A DNA stretch of 64,000 nt from Octopus vulgaris (taxonomy: Eukaryota). A model generated the notes under the pieces. That model was not told where the DNA came from and ran no database searches. It saw only the letters and a program-made list of their open reading frames with translations. The stretch is from positions 70,928,001 to 70,992,000 of the forward strand of contig OX597820.1 of assembly GCA_951406725.2 (NCBI GenBank), given 5' to 3'. The translations under genes were made by a program, and so were the position numbers. Shown in pieces: positions 36,592-48,594 of this stretch (positions within the stretch are counted from its first letter, which is position 1; the number at the start of each line of letters is the position of its first letter).

Positions 36592-37972
36592 TAATGCTTG
36601 TTCTTGTACCATGCACATATGAGTGCGTCTATCTCTATCTTCAGGTCACTTCTCTGCATCCATAAGCACCAATCTTCTGTATCTGTCTTGGCATATGTAT
36701 CTCTTGTAAACTGACCATGCATTTTTCCATCTGAGTTGTTACTTTTTTTGAGTTCTTTTCCTCTTTAAGTTTTTCTTTACACAATTATCAGTTTTGGTGA
36801 CACCGGACATCTGCACATTTTAACAATGGTTTCACTGCATTTTTTTTTACATACCCTCCGCTTCTCTACAGTTGTGGCAACTGATCAAACTTCTCCATTA
36901 AGGATGAACTATGAGAAGTGCAGCATTGACGACACAACTGAGAGTGACAAATGCAAAATGTGTGGTGAGAGGGGTGAAATTTTTTATGGCACATTGTCAG
37001 TGAATGCCTGAAATTGGCACAATGTAATTACAAAAGACGACATGACAATCTGGCAAGAAGGATCCATTGGGAGCTCTAGCACAGTTGGTCGCGTTAACAA
37101 AGGGATGTGGGCTTGATCCTACGCAGAAAGGAAAGCCTACTTTTAGGTGCAGGAGTGGCTGTGTGGTAAGTAGCTTGTTTACAAACCACGTAGACAGAAA
37201 CTGAAAGAAGCCCATCATATATATATGTATATGTGTGTGTGTTTGTGTGTCTGTGTTTGTCCCCCCAACATCGCTTGACAACCGATGCTGGTGTGTTTAC
37301 ATCCCCGTAACTTAGCGGTTCGACAAAAGACACCGATAGAATAAGTACTAGGCTTACAAAGAATAAGTCCTGGGGTTGATTTGCTTGATTAAAGGCGGTG
37401 CTCCAGCATGGCTGCAATCAAATGACTGAAACAAGTAAAAGAGCAAAGATATGGTGTGACCAAATCCCAGAAGGAGTTACAGAGAATGAAGATTGCAAAA
37501 TCCAGTGGGATGCAATGCTTCAATGTGACCATCAGATCAGACATTGAAAACCTGACATTGCTGTGGTGAACAAAAAAAAAGTTGCATGATAATCAACATA
37601 GCATGTCCTGATGACGACAGATTCAAAGAGAAAGAATAAGAAAAACTGAACTATAATGAATTGAAGAGGGAAATATGCAGGTTGTGGGCAATGAAGAGAG
37701 TGGATGTGATACCAGTAGTGATTGGTACATTTGGAAGTATCAGCACTCAGCTACCAACATGGCTCAAAAAGATTGGTACAATTGTAAAAATAGAACACCT
37801 ACAAAGATCATCATTGCTTGGAACTGCAAGAGTTCTCAGCAAAATTCTTGAAGCATAATCATTAAACAAGGGTTTCCTTAGTCTGCTGGCTGTAGACAGC
37901 TGACCCTTTCCATCATACCCAACAAAATAAGCTGAGAGTTTTCATCAAATAATAATAATAATAATAATAATA
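36592..37972 (+). mobile_element. RLE-type (R4/Dong-like) non-LTR retrotransposon 3' part with 5' inversion and a SINE inserted at 37145-37445
   Basis: Minus segment 36592-36896 (MHGQFTRD...W-x-x-SDLKIEIDALICA-QEQAL). Plus segment from 36896: LRMNYEKC...DKCKMCGERGE (zinc knuckle), RHD, KPDI, VIPVVIGTFGS...LGTARVL*, then a short UTR and (AAT)n tail. Confidence 0.88.
37145..37445 (+). mobile_element. SINE A (internal deletion) nested in an RLE LINE
   Basis: Head and tail match family A. Confidence 0.85.
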
Positions 37973-37974
37973 CT

Positions 37975-39175
37975 ATTGGGAGGTTATGAAGCAAATAGAA
38001 GAAGTGGGCTATAAGTACTTGGAGATATTGGAAATGGATAAATTGATGGAGAAAGAAATGACAAAAAAACTTAAGGTGGGGTACTTGCACAGACAGACTG
38101 ATCCTTAAGTCGAAATTATATGGACAGAACAAGCTTGAAGCTATCAACACCTGGGCGGTTTCACTACTTAGATATGGAGCAGGGGTAATCGCATGGACAG
38201 TAGACGAACCAAACAGCTTAGACAGAAAGACAAGGAAGTTGCTGACTTGATATGGGATATTCCACCCAAAAAGTGACACATCTCATCCCATGTCTTCCTA
38301 GGTCTCCCTCTTCCATGGGTTCCTTCCACAGTTAGGGTGTGACACTTCCTCACACAGCTCTCCTCATCCATACGCAGCACATGAACATACCAGTGCAGTT
38401 GTCTCTCTTGTACACCACATCTGATGCTTCTTATGTACCAAAAAAAGGAGGTGGAAGGGAACTGACTGAATGTAAACACAGCATTAGAGCAGAAGGAAAC
38501 AACACAGCATGGTATGTAAAAAATGGCACAGAACCACTATTATTGGAAGTAAGAAGGTCAAGCTTGTGTTAAATGGAAGATTGCAAAGATAATGCCCTGT
38601 ACAAGCACTTGAGAATGAATGAAACTGAAAATAGGTGGATAAAGAAAAGAATGTTGAAGACAAGGCAGACAGAGAAAAAAGATGGCTATGGATGAATAAA
38701 AGCGATTTAAAACCAGAAACAGAGGCTCTAATCTGTGCTGCCTAAGAGCAAGCATTAAGAACCAATTACATCCAATACAGAATAGACAGCACATCAGAAA
38801 GTGATAAGTGTAGAATTTGTGGACAAAATGGTGAAAACGTATGGCATATTACCAGTCAATGTATACCATAAGAGACATCATGACAATATAGCAAGGCTTG
38901 TCCATTGGACACTTTGCAACAAGTATGGACTTGACAGAGCAAAAAAGTGGTATGAACACAAACCCAAGGCATCATCGAAAATGATAATGCAAAGATCCTA
39001 TGGGAATTTATGATTCAATGCGACCACGAGATAAATAATAGGAAACCAGACAGAGTGTTAAATGTACCCCACTGTCACTTTGATGACGTGTAATACCCTC
39101 TCACTCAATAATAATAATAATAACAATAATAACAACTTTAATGATGATTTCTAATAATAATAATAATAATAATAG
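37975..39175 (+). mobile_element. Second RLE-type (R4/Dong-like) LINE fragment
   Basis: YKYLEILE, AINTWAVSLLRYGAG, LDRKTRKLL, LYVPKKGGGR, KCRICG, YHKRHHDNIARLVHWTLC, RKPD; (AAT)n tail. Confidence 0.88.
38281..38428 (-). mobile_element. RTE fragment nested in an RLE LINE
   Basis: RSIRCGVQERQLHWYVHVLRMDEESCVRKCHTLTVEGTHGRGRPRKTWDE on -, interrupting HPKSDT|LYVPKKGGGR of the host. Confidence 0.85.
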
Positions 39176-41486
39176 TGTGGTGAAAGTAGACCTTAACTAA
39201 AGGGTTTTGCATTTAACAAAAGTCAATCCAAGAATTTACTGAAGTAGTATGAATGAGAGATGAAATGTTGAGCCAGTAGATTGTCACTCCACTAATTTGG
39301 AAAGCAGCAACTTTTCATTTAATCTTCATTCCAAAGTCTTCCTCAATAAATGATCTGTTTCTCCCAAAATATCCTCTTGCACTGATCAGTACTACATGTG
39401 CTCATGTTTTAATGGATGGAACTTAAACTAACTGAGTAGAGATATTGAAAATATACCTTAATAGGAACATAATAGTCTAATCTCAACAGCTACGAAAGAC
39501 ATGTTTTAAACCCCGAAATTCACAACAAATGCTAAGTTTTATAATCTCTGATGATCACTTAGTGTGGCCTCATACAGATGACTTTCTCAAATCTGTATCC
39601 TAATCACAAGTCTTTGACTTCAGGGTCAGAAAAACTCATATATGATCCACATACATATCAGCAGCAAGGCTTCTACTGCCCATCCTAGACTGTATCCAAT
39701 ATATGCTATTTGATTGACAAAGGCTGTCAACCACAAAAGTATGAAAGACAGAGCCAACTTTGGCAACATTAGAACTCAGAACGTAAATGCCACTAAGCAT
39801 TTTGTCCAGCATGCTAATGATTCTGCCACAAGGTCAGAAAGTTTGGAGGGAGGTGTTAAATTGATTACATTGGCCCTAGTGATCAACTGGTACTTACTTT
39901 ATCGACCCCACAAGGATGAAAGGTAAAGTTCACCATGGCAGAATTACACTTTAATATTAAAATGTTTTTCCTACTGTTTACAATATAAATTCAGCCAGAT
40001 TGAGGCCAAGAGGGTTATGTATCTTAACTACATGGTAGTAACCCATTATGTAAAGACTGCTTCAAAGAAAGGGGGAAATGCATACTCCAATGGCAGTAAT
40101 GTTTACTCCAAAAGATTCCAATCTGAGCCAATTAGTGAATTTAGACATTTAATCATGTGCTAAATTCAGTGATTCCTGAATTTTGGTTACACTGGGAAAT
40201 GTCTAATTAAGAACCAAATAATTCAAGGGCATCCATGAAAATAATAGAGCCTCAAAACTATATTGAACTTCATTATCTGAATGTTTTCAAGATATTTAAA
40301 GATCAATCACTTTTCTTGTTATTTTAAATAGTGTAGTTATTGACATGAGAAGATAAGTAGTTTGGGTAGCTAAAGACATTAAAAAAAATACAGTTCACGT
40401 CGCTTGACAGATATGGAGAGAGCAGGGGTTCAATTTTTATTGCTTTAACTGCAAATATTTTTATTTATGTCAATGAAGAAAAAACGGCGCCACAGAATTG
40501 GTTAAAGTAAATGGAGATAGATATAACTGTATACTTGGTGGATAGGGCATAAAGTATTTTAAGTAGAAGTAATTAATGAAGAATAGAAATAGATTTGCCA
40601 ATTTTGTTTGGTCTGTATATATAGCAAGGGATATTTGAATATATTCAGCCTTCAGATATGGAAACAGTAGGAAAGGAAAACAAAACTCTAGCAAAAAAAC
40701 AGATACTTTTTTCTATGCTTGTGTTGTCAGTGTGGTTGCATTTTTTTTTTTTAATGGGACAGGATTTAGCTTATGGCATGGAAACTCTCAGGTCTCACTC
40801 ATCTTCGCTACACCAACCTAGGCCTTATTTGAAAGAGAGAGAAGCAAAAAGAAAAAAAATTCCTTTGCAGACCCAGTTAACATTCATTTTTGTTGTTGTT
40901 GTTATTGTTATTATTATCTTTTCTTTTTTTAATCTAGACTTTTATCTGACTTAAATGGGATGTAAAGCAGAATGAATGGTTGCCAATAACTTTCAGGAAA
41001 ATCTGTAATAAACATAGAAATGAAAAATGGTTGATTTTTTTGTTTGTTTTGGTTCTTTTTTTAAACTGCTTTAATGGATTTGTGAGGAAAGAAGGTTTCT
41101 AATTTTAAATTTGATGGTCAATAAACAAAGATCTAAACCAACACTACTGGCTGTTTATTGATTTTACATAAAATAGCTGAGAGAAAACCTGCTCACACAT
41201 TCATACAATAGAGAAAGAACATTAAAAGATGTTACTGCATCAGTTGCCTTCTCAGTATTTTCTCCTGGCACTTTCAATCAAACCCTGAGAAAATACACTG
41301 AATATTTTGCTACTTTAATGAAATATGCATAAATTCTCTGGGGATAGTAATTTTGCATATATCAATGCATTGAGTACTAAAAATGAATTTTCTAACTGGA
41401 GGGTTGTAAAGAAAATAAATAGAAATGATAGTCTATATATATAAATTTAAAATAAAAAGCTAACCACTAATTAGTACTTTTCTTAA

Positions 41487-41708
41487 AGCCAGTGAGCTGA
41501 CAAAAATTGTTAGCATGCTGGGTGAAATGCTTAGTGGCATTTCATCTGTCTATACATTCTGAGTTCAAATTCCACCAAGGTTGACTTTGACTTTCATCAT
41601 TTTGTGGCCAATAAAATAAATACCAGTTGCGCACTGGGGGTCAATGTAACTGACTAACTCTCCCCTCCACATCTTGAAATTGCTGCCCTCGAGGCAAAAT
41701 TTGAAACT
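41487..41708 (+). mobile_element. SINE B
   Basis: Matches 4538-4760. Confidence 0.78.
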
Positions 41709-43413
41709 GATAATTAATATCTTTCTTCGTTATGTAATCCTAGAGTGTTTTTCACAAGTCAGATGTACAAATTTCATAAATGTAAAAACTGCTTCCTTGT
41801 CCCAACCTTTAAATATCGCCAAGAACTGTTTAACCCTTTTTTGAGACAGATGGTGTTTTGATAATGAAACACATCTACTGAAAGATGATTTCTTATTGGC
41901 TATTATACTTCAAAACCAACCCTTGTTCCATTGAGCAAATGGATTGGCCTCAAAATCCTTTCAGCTTGTATCACTTGGGCTGAAGAATTGGCCTCAGTAT
42001 CCCAAGAGGGTCAATGTCTCGTCTCATCACAGAATGCAACCTCATAACTCATCCAAGCAGGCGGTCAACCATACTGCTTGAGTTCCACACACTATCATTT
42101 TAATTTCTCATTTACTGTACAATCAGTTTATGTGAAATCCTATTGGGCTTCTGATCATTTTACCTTTTTACTGGGTCCAGTCATTGGATAGCAGCCATAC
42201 AGGGGCACCACCTTAGAGGATTTAATCATACAAAACTCTGGTAAGTATTCTATTGGTTTCTTTTGCCAAAGTACTAAGTTATGGTAATGAAAACAAACCA
42301 ATACCAGTTGTCAAGCATGTTTGTCAAACACACATGCATATGTAATGGGCTTCCACACAGTTTCTATCAAACAAATTTGCTCACAAGGTCTTGGTCAGTC
42401 TGAGGCTATAGTAGTAGACACTTGCTGATGGAGTTGCAGAGTGTAACTGAATCCAAAACCAGTCATGCCTGCACCAACACATATATATATATACATTAAA
42501 TTCTTAAAGAATTCTAATAGCATAAATCACTACCATCATCCAAATTTTCATTAGACAACTATCTATTCTGGCATAAAAATGACATTTTAGCCTTAAAAAT
42601 TTTTTATCCACCTAAAAGCAAAAATAAAGGATGGAGTGGGGAGAGTTATCATCTATCTATCTATCTATCATGACAGACAGACAGACAGACAGATAGATAG
42701 ATAGATGGATAGACCAACATACACACATACATATATACGTATAGGTACACATATGTATAAGTATATATATATATATATATATATAAGTACCTTGGATTAT
42801 AGGACAACCTGCTGTGCTTACCTTGGATCGTAGGGCAACCTGCTGTGCTTGAGGAGACCTAATGAATCAAGTACATCAAAATCAAAATCAAAATCAAATG
42901 GAAATTGTAGCTGTGATACCCATGTCGGTGGCATGTAAAAAGCACCATCCGAACGTGGCTGATGACAGCGCCATCATGGCTGGCTTCTGTGCCAGAGGCA
43001 TGTAAAAAGCACCCACTACACTCACGGAGTGGTTGGCATTAGGAAGGGCATCCAGCTGTAGAAACACTGCCAGATCAGACTGGAGCCTGGTGTAGCCTCC
43101 TGGCTTCCCAGACCCTGGTCAAACCATCCAACCCGTGCTAGCACGGAAAACAGTCATTAAACGACAACGATGATGATGATGATATATATATAAAACAGGT
43201 TAAATTATCTCCATGTGACATTAAGTTTTATGGATGTGTAGGAGACATTCATCTCATCAGATGTTTAGAAGAAGAGACAGTATCTCAAACATCTGATGAG
43301 ATGTACATATCTTTAAGTCCACAAAACTTTAGCTGAGTCAAATGTTATTGCATACAAGAATATTCCAACCAATTGTGTTGAGTGTATGCTTGTTGACTTG
43401 CTCATATATATGC

Positions 43414-43449
<36 letters not shown>

Positions 43450-44616
43450 GCACACACAATGAGCATCCACAAAGTTCCCATTTACCAAATATTACTCACA
43501 AGGCATTATTTGGTGTAAAGCTACAGTACAAGATACTGTGTAATGGAATCTGAAACCATGAGGATACAAAGCAAATTCTTAACTTTGCAGTCATTACTGC
43601 ACTTAGTTATAAACCTGTGCCATACAGAAAGCTGTCTTCATGGGCGATGGTTGATAATTAGTCTAACCTCTACTTTGGTAGCTAGTGGTACATGTTATAT
43701 GTTGACATTTTCTATACTATAAAGAGAGCTGCTTATTAATTAGTTTGGAGAATGGATTTTTTATTAAAATAAAGCAATTATTAAAGTCTACATTGTCTAG
43801 AAAACTCTTATAAATTTCAAGTTTAATATATTTTTAACAAAATGTGGTTTTCGCATTTCTTTTATGACTGAAAATTTCAACGATATAATTCAGTCACAAA
43901 ACTAATTTTTATTCACTGTGACACAATAATTTTATATAGCAAGATAGCATTTTTAACACCTCTGTTTTTACTCCTGCAAATATAAAGGTTGCCTAAATAT
44001 GTGCAACACAACTTTCTACAAACATATCAGTAAACACACTTATCCAAATCATAAGTTTAATCCAGTATCAGTTAAATTATGTTGATGTCAGTTTCCTTTC
44101 ACATTTGTTGGGTGGTGTTGAAGAAATAGAAAGCTGAATAAGAAAAGCAGTTTTAATTTACTAATTACTTATGTGAATATAAACTCATCTCATTTTCTTT
44201 CACCTGAAGTATTTGACTGCGGTTCACAATATTAAAAAAAAACCTATTATAGACAATTTCTAATGCTAGGGCTCAGAATTAATTTTTTGTGGCGAGAGTA
44301 CAACACCCTCTGACAAGAATAGATGGGACCACTACATATAAATAGTTTGGTCTTTGAGGTACAGTTTGAGTTAGTGTTTGGGAAATATTGATTGTTCTTT
44401 TTGTTGCAGGTTTGTTACTGCCGCTGTTTCTATTTTGTATTGTTATAACATTGTTACAGTGTATTCTTTATCTATCCTCAACAATATCAGCCATACTACA
44501 ATATTGGAGGCATAAGGATATAACAATTTTAAATGTATTTACTGAGCAAGTGAGGATACAAAGAAAATTAAATATATCAGAAAAATCACACAAATTGCAA
44601 ATCAAATGTGTAGATA

Positions 44617-44868
44617 TTTAATATTCTCCCAAAGAGCATGAGGGACCTACACAAAGTAGATATAGGTGTTTTCAGATCAAAACTGGATTTCTTCTGGTCT
44701 AGAATCCCAGATGAACCTACCTCATGACAGGAGGCAGAAATGAGGGCAGCAACATCAAACTCCCTTATTTACCAGATACCACATATCAGAGGAGGCTCTC
44801 AATAATAACAGTGTAGCAAAACAGTGAAGCCCCAGCATGGCCACAGCTGGAACTGATAAGAAAAAAAT
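44617..44868 (+). mobile_element. CR1/L2-group LINE 3' end
   Basis: FNILPKSMRDLHKVDIGVFRSKLDFFWSRIPDEPTS*QEAEMRAATSNSLIYQ, followed by tail CCCCAGCATGGCCACAG. Confidence 0.75.
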
Positions 44869-45486
44869 ACTATTTAGCAACTAAGAGAAAACTGACTGGA
44901 GGGTGGACTTTCTGCTAGTGCAGTAAATAAATTTTTAATCTGCTTCAATATCATCATTTATATGCATTTCGAAATGCAAAAAAACCAAAAAAAAACCAAT
45001 AAAACCTAAGACAAAACTACAAGTTCATCATCAATAAAATAACTGATGCTTTTATTGTATACAATATAAAAAATACATTTAGTTAAGATTCTATTTCAGA
45101 TATAAGAGTTTACAAAATACAATCTGCCGTCATCATCATCATCACCAGCGCTACCACAACCACGAAGATGACCACCACCACCACCACCACCATCATCATT
45201 GTTGTTTTAATGTTCACTTTTCTATACTTGCGTGGTCTAACAAAATTCACTGAGGTAAATTTTTCTATGTCCAATTGCCTATTCCTATTGCAGACATTCC
45301 TTTGGTCAGACATATTTCACAGAAGATAGCAAAACAAAGGATAGAGTTTGTATGATGGTAATACACCTTAACAGTTATTCCACAATGTCAAGACAAGAAA
45401 ATAAACACATACATTATATATATATATGCTTGACCGCTAAATCCACAAGTTTTTTTAATTCTCTCTCTGTTTATTTTCTGTCATTC

Positions 45487-45522
45487 CTTCCTGTTGAAGA
45501 GCGCAGGCTCGAAACGTAAAAG
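45487..45522 (+). ncRNA. Minimal hammerhead-like motif with variant core
   Basis: CTTC CTGTTGA A GAGC GCAG GCTC GAAA CG TA AAAG. Perfect 4 bp stem II, palindromic ACGT stem III, GUA triplet, A6>U in the core. Lies in a ~180 bp island between (TA)n tracts. Confidence 0.6.
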
Positions 45523-45608
45523 ACTTTCTCACTTTCCTGAGTGTCAAACTAAGACCCCTGTTTGTTGTTCATATACTTGTCTTTATCTTTTGTTTTTCCG
45601 TAAATTTC

Positions 45609-45655
<47 letters not shown>

Positions 45656-46656
45656 CACACACACGTGACAGGCTTCTTTCAATTTCTGTCTTTGAATTCA
45701 CTGACATGGTTTTAGCCAGCTCAGAGCAATAGTAGAAGCAATAGTACAAGGCACCATGTAGTGGGACTGAACCTGAAACCACATGGTCATGAAAGAAACT
45801 TTATAACTACACAGCCATGTCTGCACTTATATATGGATGTTAAAATATCTGTTCAAGCATGAATCCAACAGTTGAAGAACTGTGATTTCGAATCTAGATT
45901 TAATGTTATTCAGTAGCTAATGGAGCCAAAGTTATGTGCTCTGTTGTCTAGTTTTTAAACAACTTATGGACATCTGCTGTTATTCTAACAGTAGTATACA
46001 CATGACAATTCAAGTGTAAAGGAAATTATGTAAACAACATTACAGAATATGAAACAAGAAATTAATTTTTCTTTCTAAAACATACTTAGTGATATGATAA
46101 TTTTTTTAGAATATTAACTACATCTTTAAACTATGAAACATTTCTGTTAATATTTATATTTATGTCTTAATCGATTTGATACCTTTTTGTCATTAAATGT
46201 TTCATTCTTGGACATATATATATATATATATATACCATCCGATCGTGGCCGTTGCCAGCCTCAACCATCCGATCATGGCCATTGCCAGCCTTGACCATCT
46301 GATCGTGGCCATTGCCAGCCTCGCCTGGCTCCCATGCTGGTGGCATGTAAAAAGCACCATCCGATCGTGGCCGTTTGCCAGCCTTGTCTGGCACGTAAAA
46401 GCACCCACTACACTCACAGAGTGGTTGGCGTTAAGAAGGGCATCCAGCCATAGAAACATTGCCAGATCAGAGTGGGCCTGGTGCAGCCTTCTGGCTTTCC
46501 AGACCCCAGTTGAACTGTCCAACCCATGCTAGCATGGAAAGCGGACACTAAACGATGATGATGATGATGATGATACATATTATACCAAACTGGATTTGAA
46601 CTAGAACATTTATTTCCAAACAAAGGAAAGTAAAGTTCTTATCAATTATGTAAATG

Positions 46657-46867
46657 ATGGCAAGCTGGCAGAATGGTTAGCATACTGAGCAAAATTCTTA
46701 GTTGCATTTTGTTTGTCTGTATGTTATGAGTTCAAATTCTGACAAGGTTGACTTTGCTTTTCATCTGTTCAGGGTTGATAAAATAAGTACCAGTTACACA
46801 CTGCGGTTGATGTAACTAACTTATCCCTTTCCTCAAAACTGCTGGCCTTGTGCCAAAATTTGAAACA
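46657..46867 (+). mobile_element. SINE B
   Basis: Matches 4538-4760. Confidence 0.78.
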
Positions 46868-47047
46868 AATCATCCAACTGATGCTTATACAGGAATTAGT
46901 GGTATCATCTGAAAAATTATATATTTATATTAACAATAACACATCACAGACATTTGAATGCTTAAATACTTAGTATTGTTAAAGCAGTTTGGGGAATTCA
47001 AGCTCTCAGATTTAAGAGAGGGAGGGAGGGAGGGAGAGAGAGGGAGG

Positions 47048-47092
<45 letters not shown>

Positions 47093-47297
47093 TGTGTGTG
47101 TGTGTGTGTGTGTCTGTGTACATGTGCATGCATGTGAATGTGGGTGTTGGAAACTGGGGAATTATGATAGAATTTTAGTTGGATGCTGAGATCACATGCT
47201 GTTTTGTATTCACCATTTCCTTAACAGCAATTCTAAATATCTTCATGTATACAATTCATTAAGTCTATACAAAATTTATATACATTTATATACAGAA

Positions 47298-47303
47298 TTT
47301 ATT
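47298..47303 (-). promoter_or_regulatory. Candidate polyadenylation signal of TCEANC2
   Basis: TTTATT on the + strand is AATAAA on the - strand, about 180 nt after the stop. Confidence 0.35.
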
Positions 47304-47483
47304 AATATGTTGCTTGATTTCTTACATAATTTTCCAATACAAACAATACAGTTATTATGTGTTAAATTTTTACAGATGTAGTACAGATGGGTATAGACTT
47401 TATATGTATGAACAATAGACAAGTATGTAGAAGGAAATTGTTTTGGTCAAATAGTTCAGATGAATGTAGAAAGCATTCAATTA

Positions 47484-47684
47484 TCAAACTGTTGGCAATT
47501 TTCCAGCAATTTCTTGCACTAATTCACTTGGAGTTATTGATCTTGATAATAGATTCCTTTGGGTTTCCTTTGACTTCAATGCAAAAACTAACTTTCTGGA
47601 AATTTTTTGGTACTGATTATTAACCAGCTTTTTACAGTGGGAAAACACACTGGATTCAAGATCACAAACCAATTTAGAGTTACT
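47484..47684 (-). CDS. TCEANC2: Terminal coding exon of TCEANC2 (TFIIS central-domain-like region)
   Basis: Acceptor tttcttactttctaattacag|agt, phase 0, matching the upstream donor. SNSKLVCDLESSVFSHCKKLVNNQYQKISRKLVFALKSKETQRNLLSRSITPSELVQEIAGKLPTV* aligns to the TCEANC2 C-terminus ([33 protein letters not shown]...). Intron is 47685-61760. Confidence 0.9.
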   Translation of the reverse strand, partial: SNSKLVCDLESSVFSHCKKLVNNQYQKISRKLVFALKSKETQRNLLSRSITPSELVQEIAGKLPTV

Positions 47685-48362
47685 CTGTAATTAGAAAGTA
47701 AGAAATAATAATTTTTTAAAAATGTAAAATGATATTAAAAATACTATATGACACCACCACCAGCTCCACCATCACCATCAATGTCATTTATTCTCATCTG
47801 TCAATTCCAAAACCACATTAAATTTTCACAAAACTATTATACGCATACACAACAAAAAAAAAGAAAAATGAAAAATAAAAAGCTCTTAATTAAGAACTTG
47901 AAAGTATTCAAAACATCTTTAAATTACTGAAGTTTAAAATAATTCACAATGTTGCTATAACTTCCATATACATATATAAATGCATAATACATATACATAA
48001 TTACAGTCATATGTGTGTGTATGTGTATAGGCATAGATGAAATTACTGCAACACACTTTAGGAAACCAGCCAACCATCTCATTACCTACCAATCTGGCGA
48101 ATACACAAGTCAGATTATTTTCTCATTAGAAAAAGGAACAGAGAGGCTACAGTAAATATGAAAACCTTTCCATCTGAAGAATGCACTACACAATATAGAT
48201 AAGTGACTAGTGACTTTCAGAGTCAGATATGTGTAAACACAGAAACAAAAAACAACATGGAAATGGAAGAAATGGACACTAAAAGATCCTGCAATTGTGA
48301 AGAGATTTAAATACCTATAACACAGATGACAATTGGGAAGCTCTATGAAATAATCTGTTTAA

Positions 48363-48586
48363 TCCTTTTGTTACCATATTTCTGTTGAGATGCTCTGTGT
48401 TTCTTTCAGCTAATTTTAAATGTAACAAAAAATTTAGTAAAATAACTTGGTTATCATTAAGCTAGTGTTAGGAACATAAATTGTGTCTAAAGTTTGGTGG
48501 AATATTTTTTAATTCAGAACTTATGGAAACAAGACATCTTTACTATAGAGCCACGGGTAGTTTCAGCTGGGTTGGTATCAAAAGGA
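48363..48586. mobile_element. piggyBac-type MITE (same family, opposite orientation)
   Basis: TTAA|TCCTTTTGTTACC...GGTATCAAAAGGA|TTAA; interior is similar to the reverse complement of 58936-59156. Confidence 0.8.
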
Positions 48587-48594
48587 TTAAGGCT

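Noticed and set aside
39082-39096. 15 nt match GATGACGTGTAATAC between a LINE 3' UTR and the tRNA-Arg 3' end and trailer
   Set aside because: A single 15-mer match within 64 kb is compatible with chance, and there is no flanking similarity.
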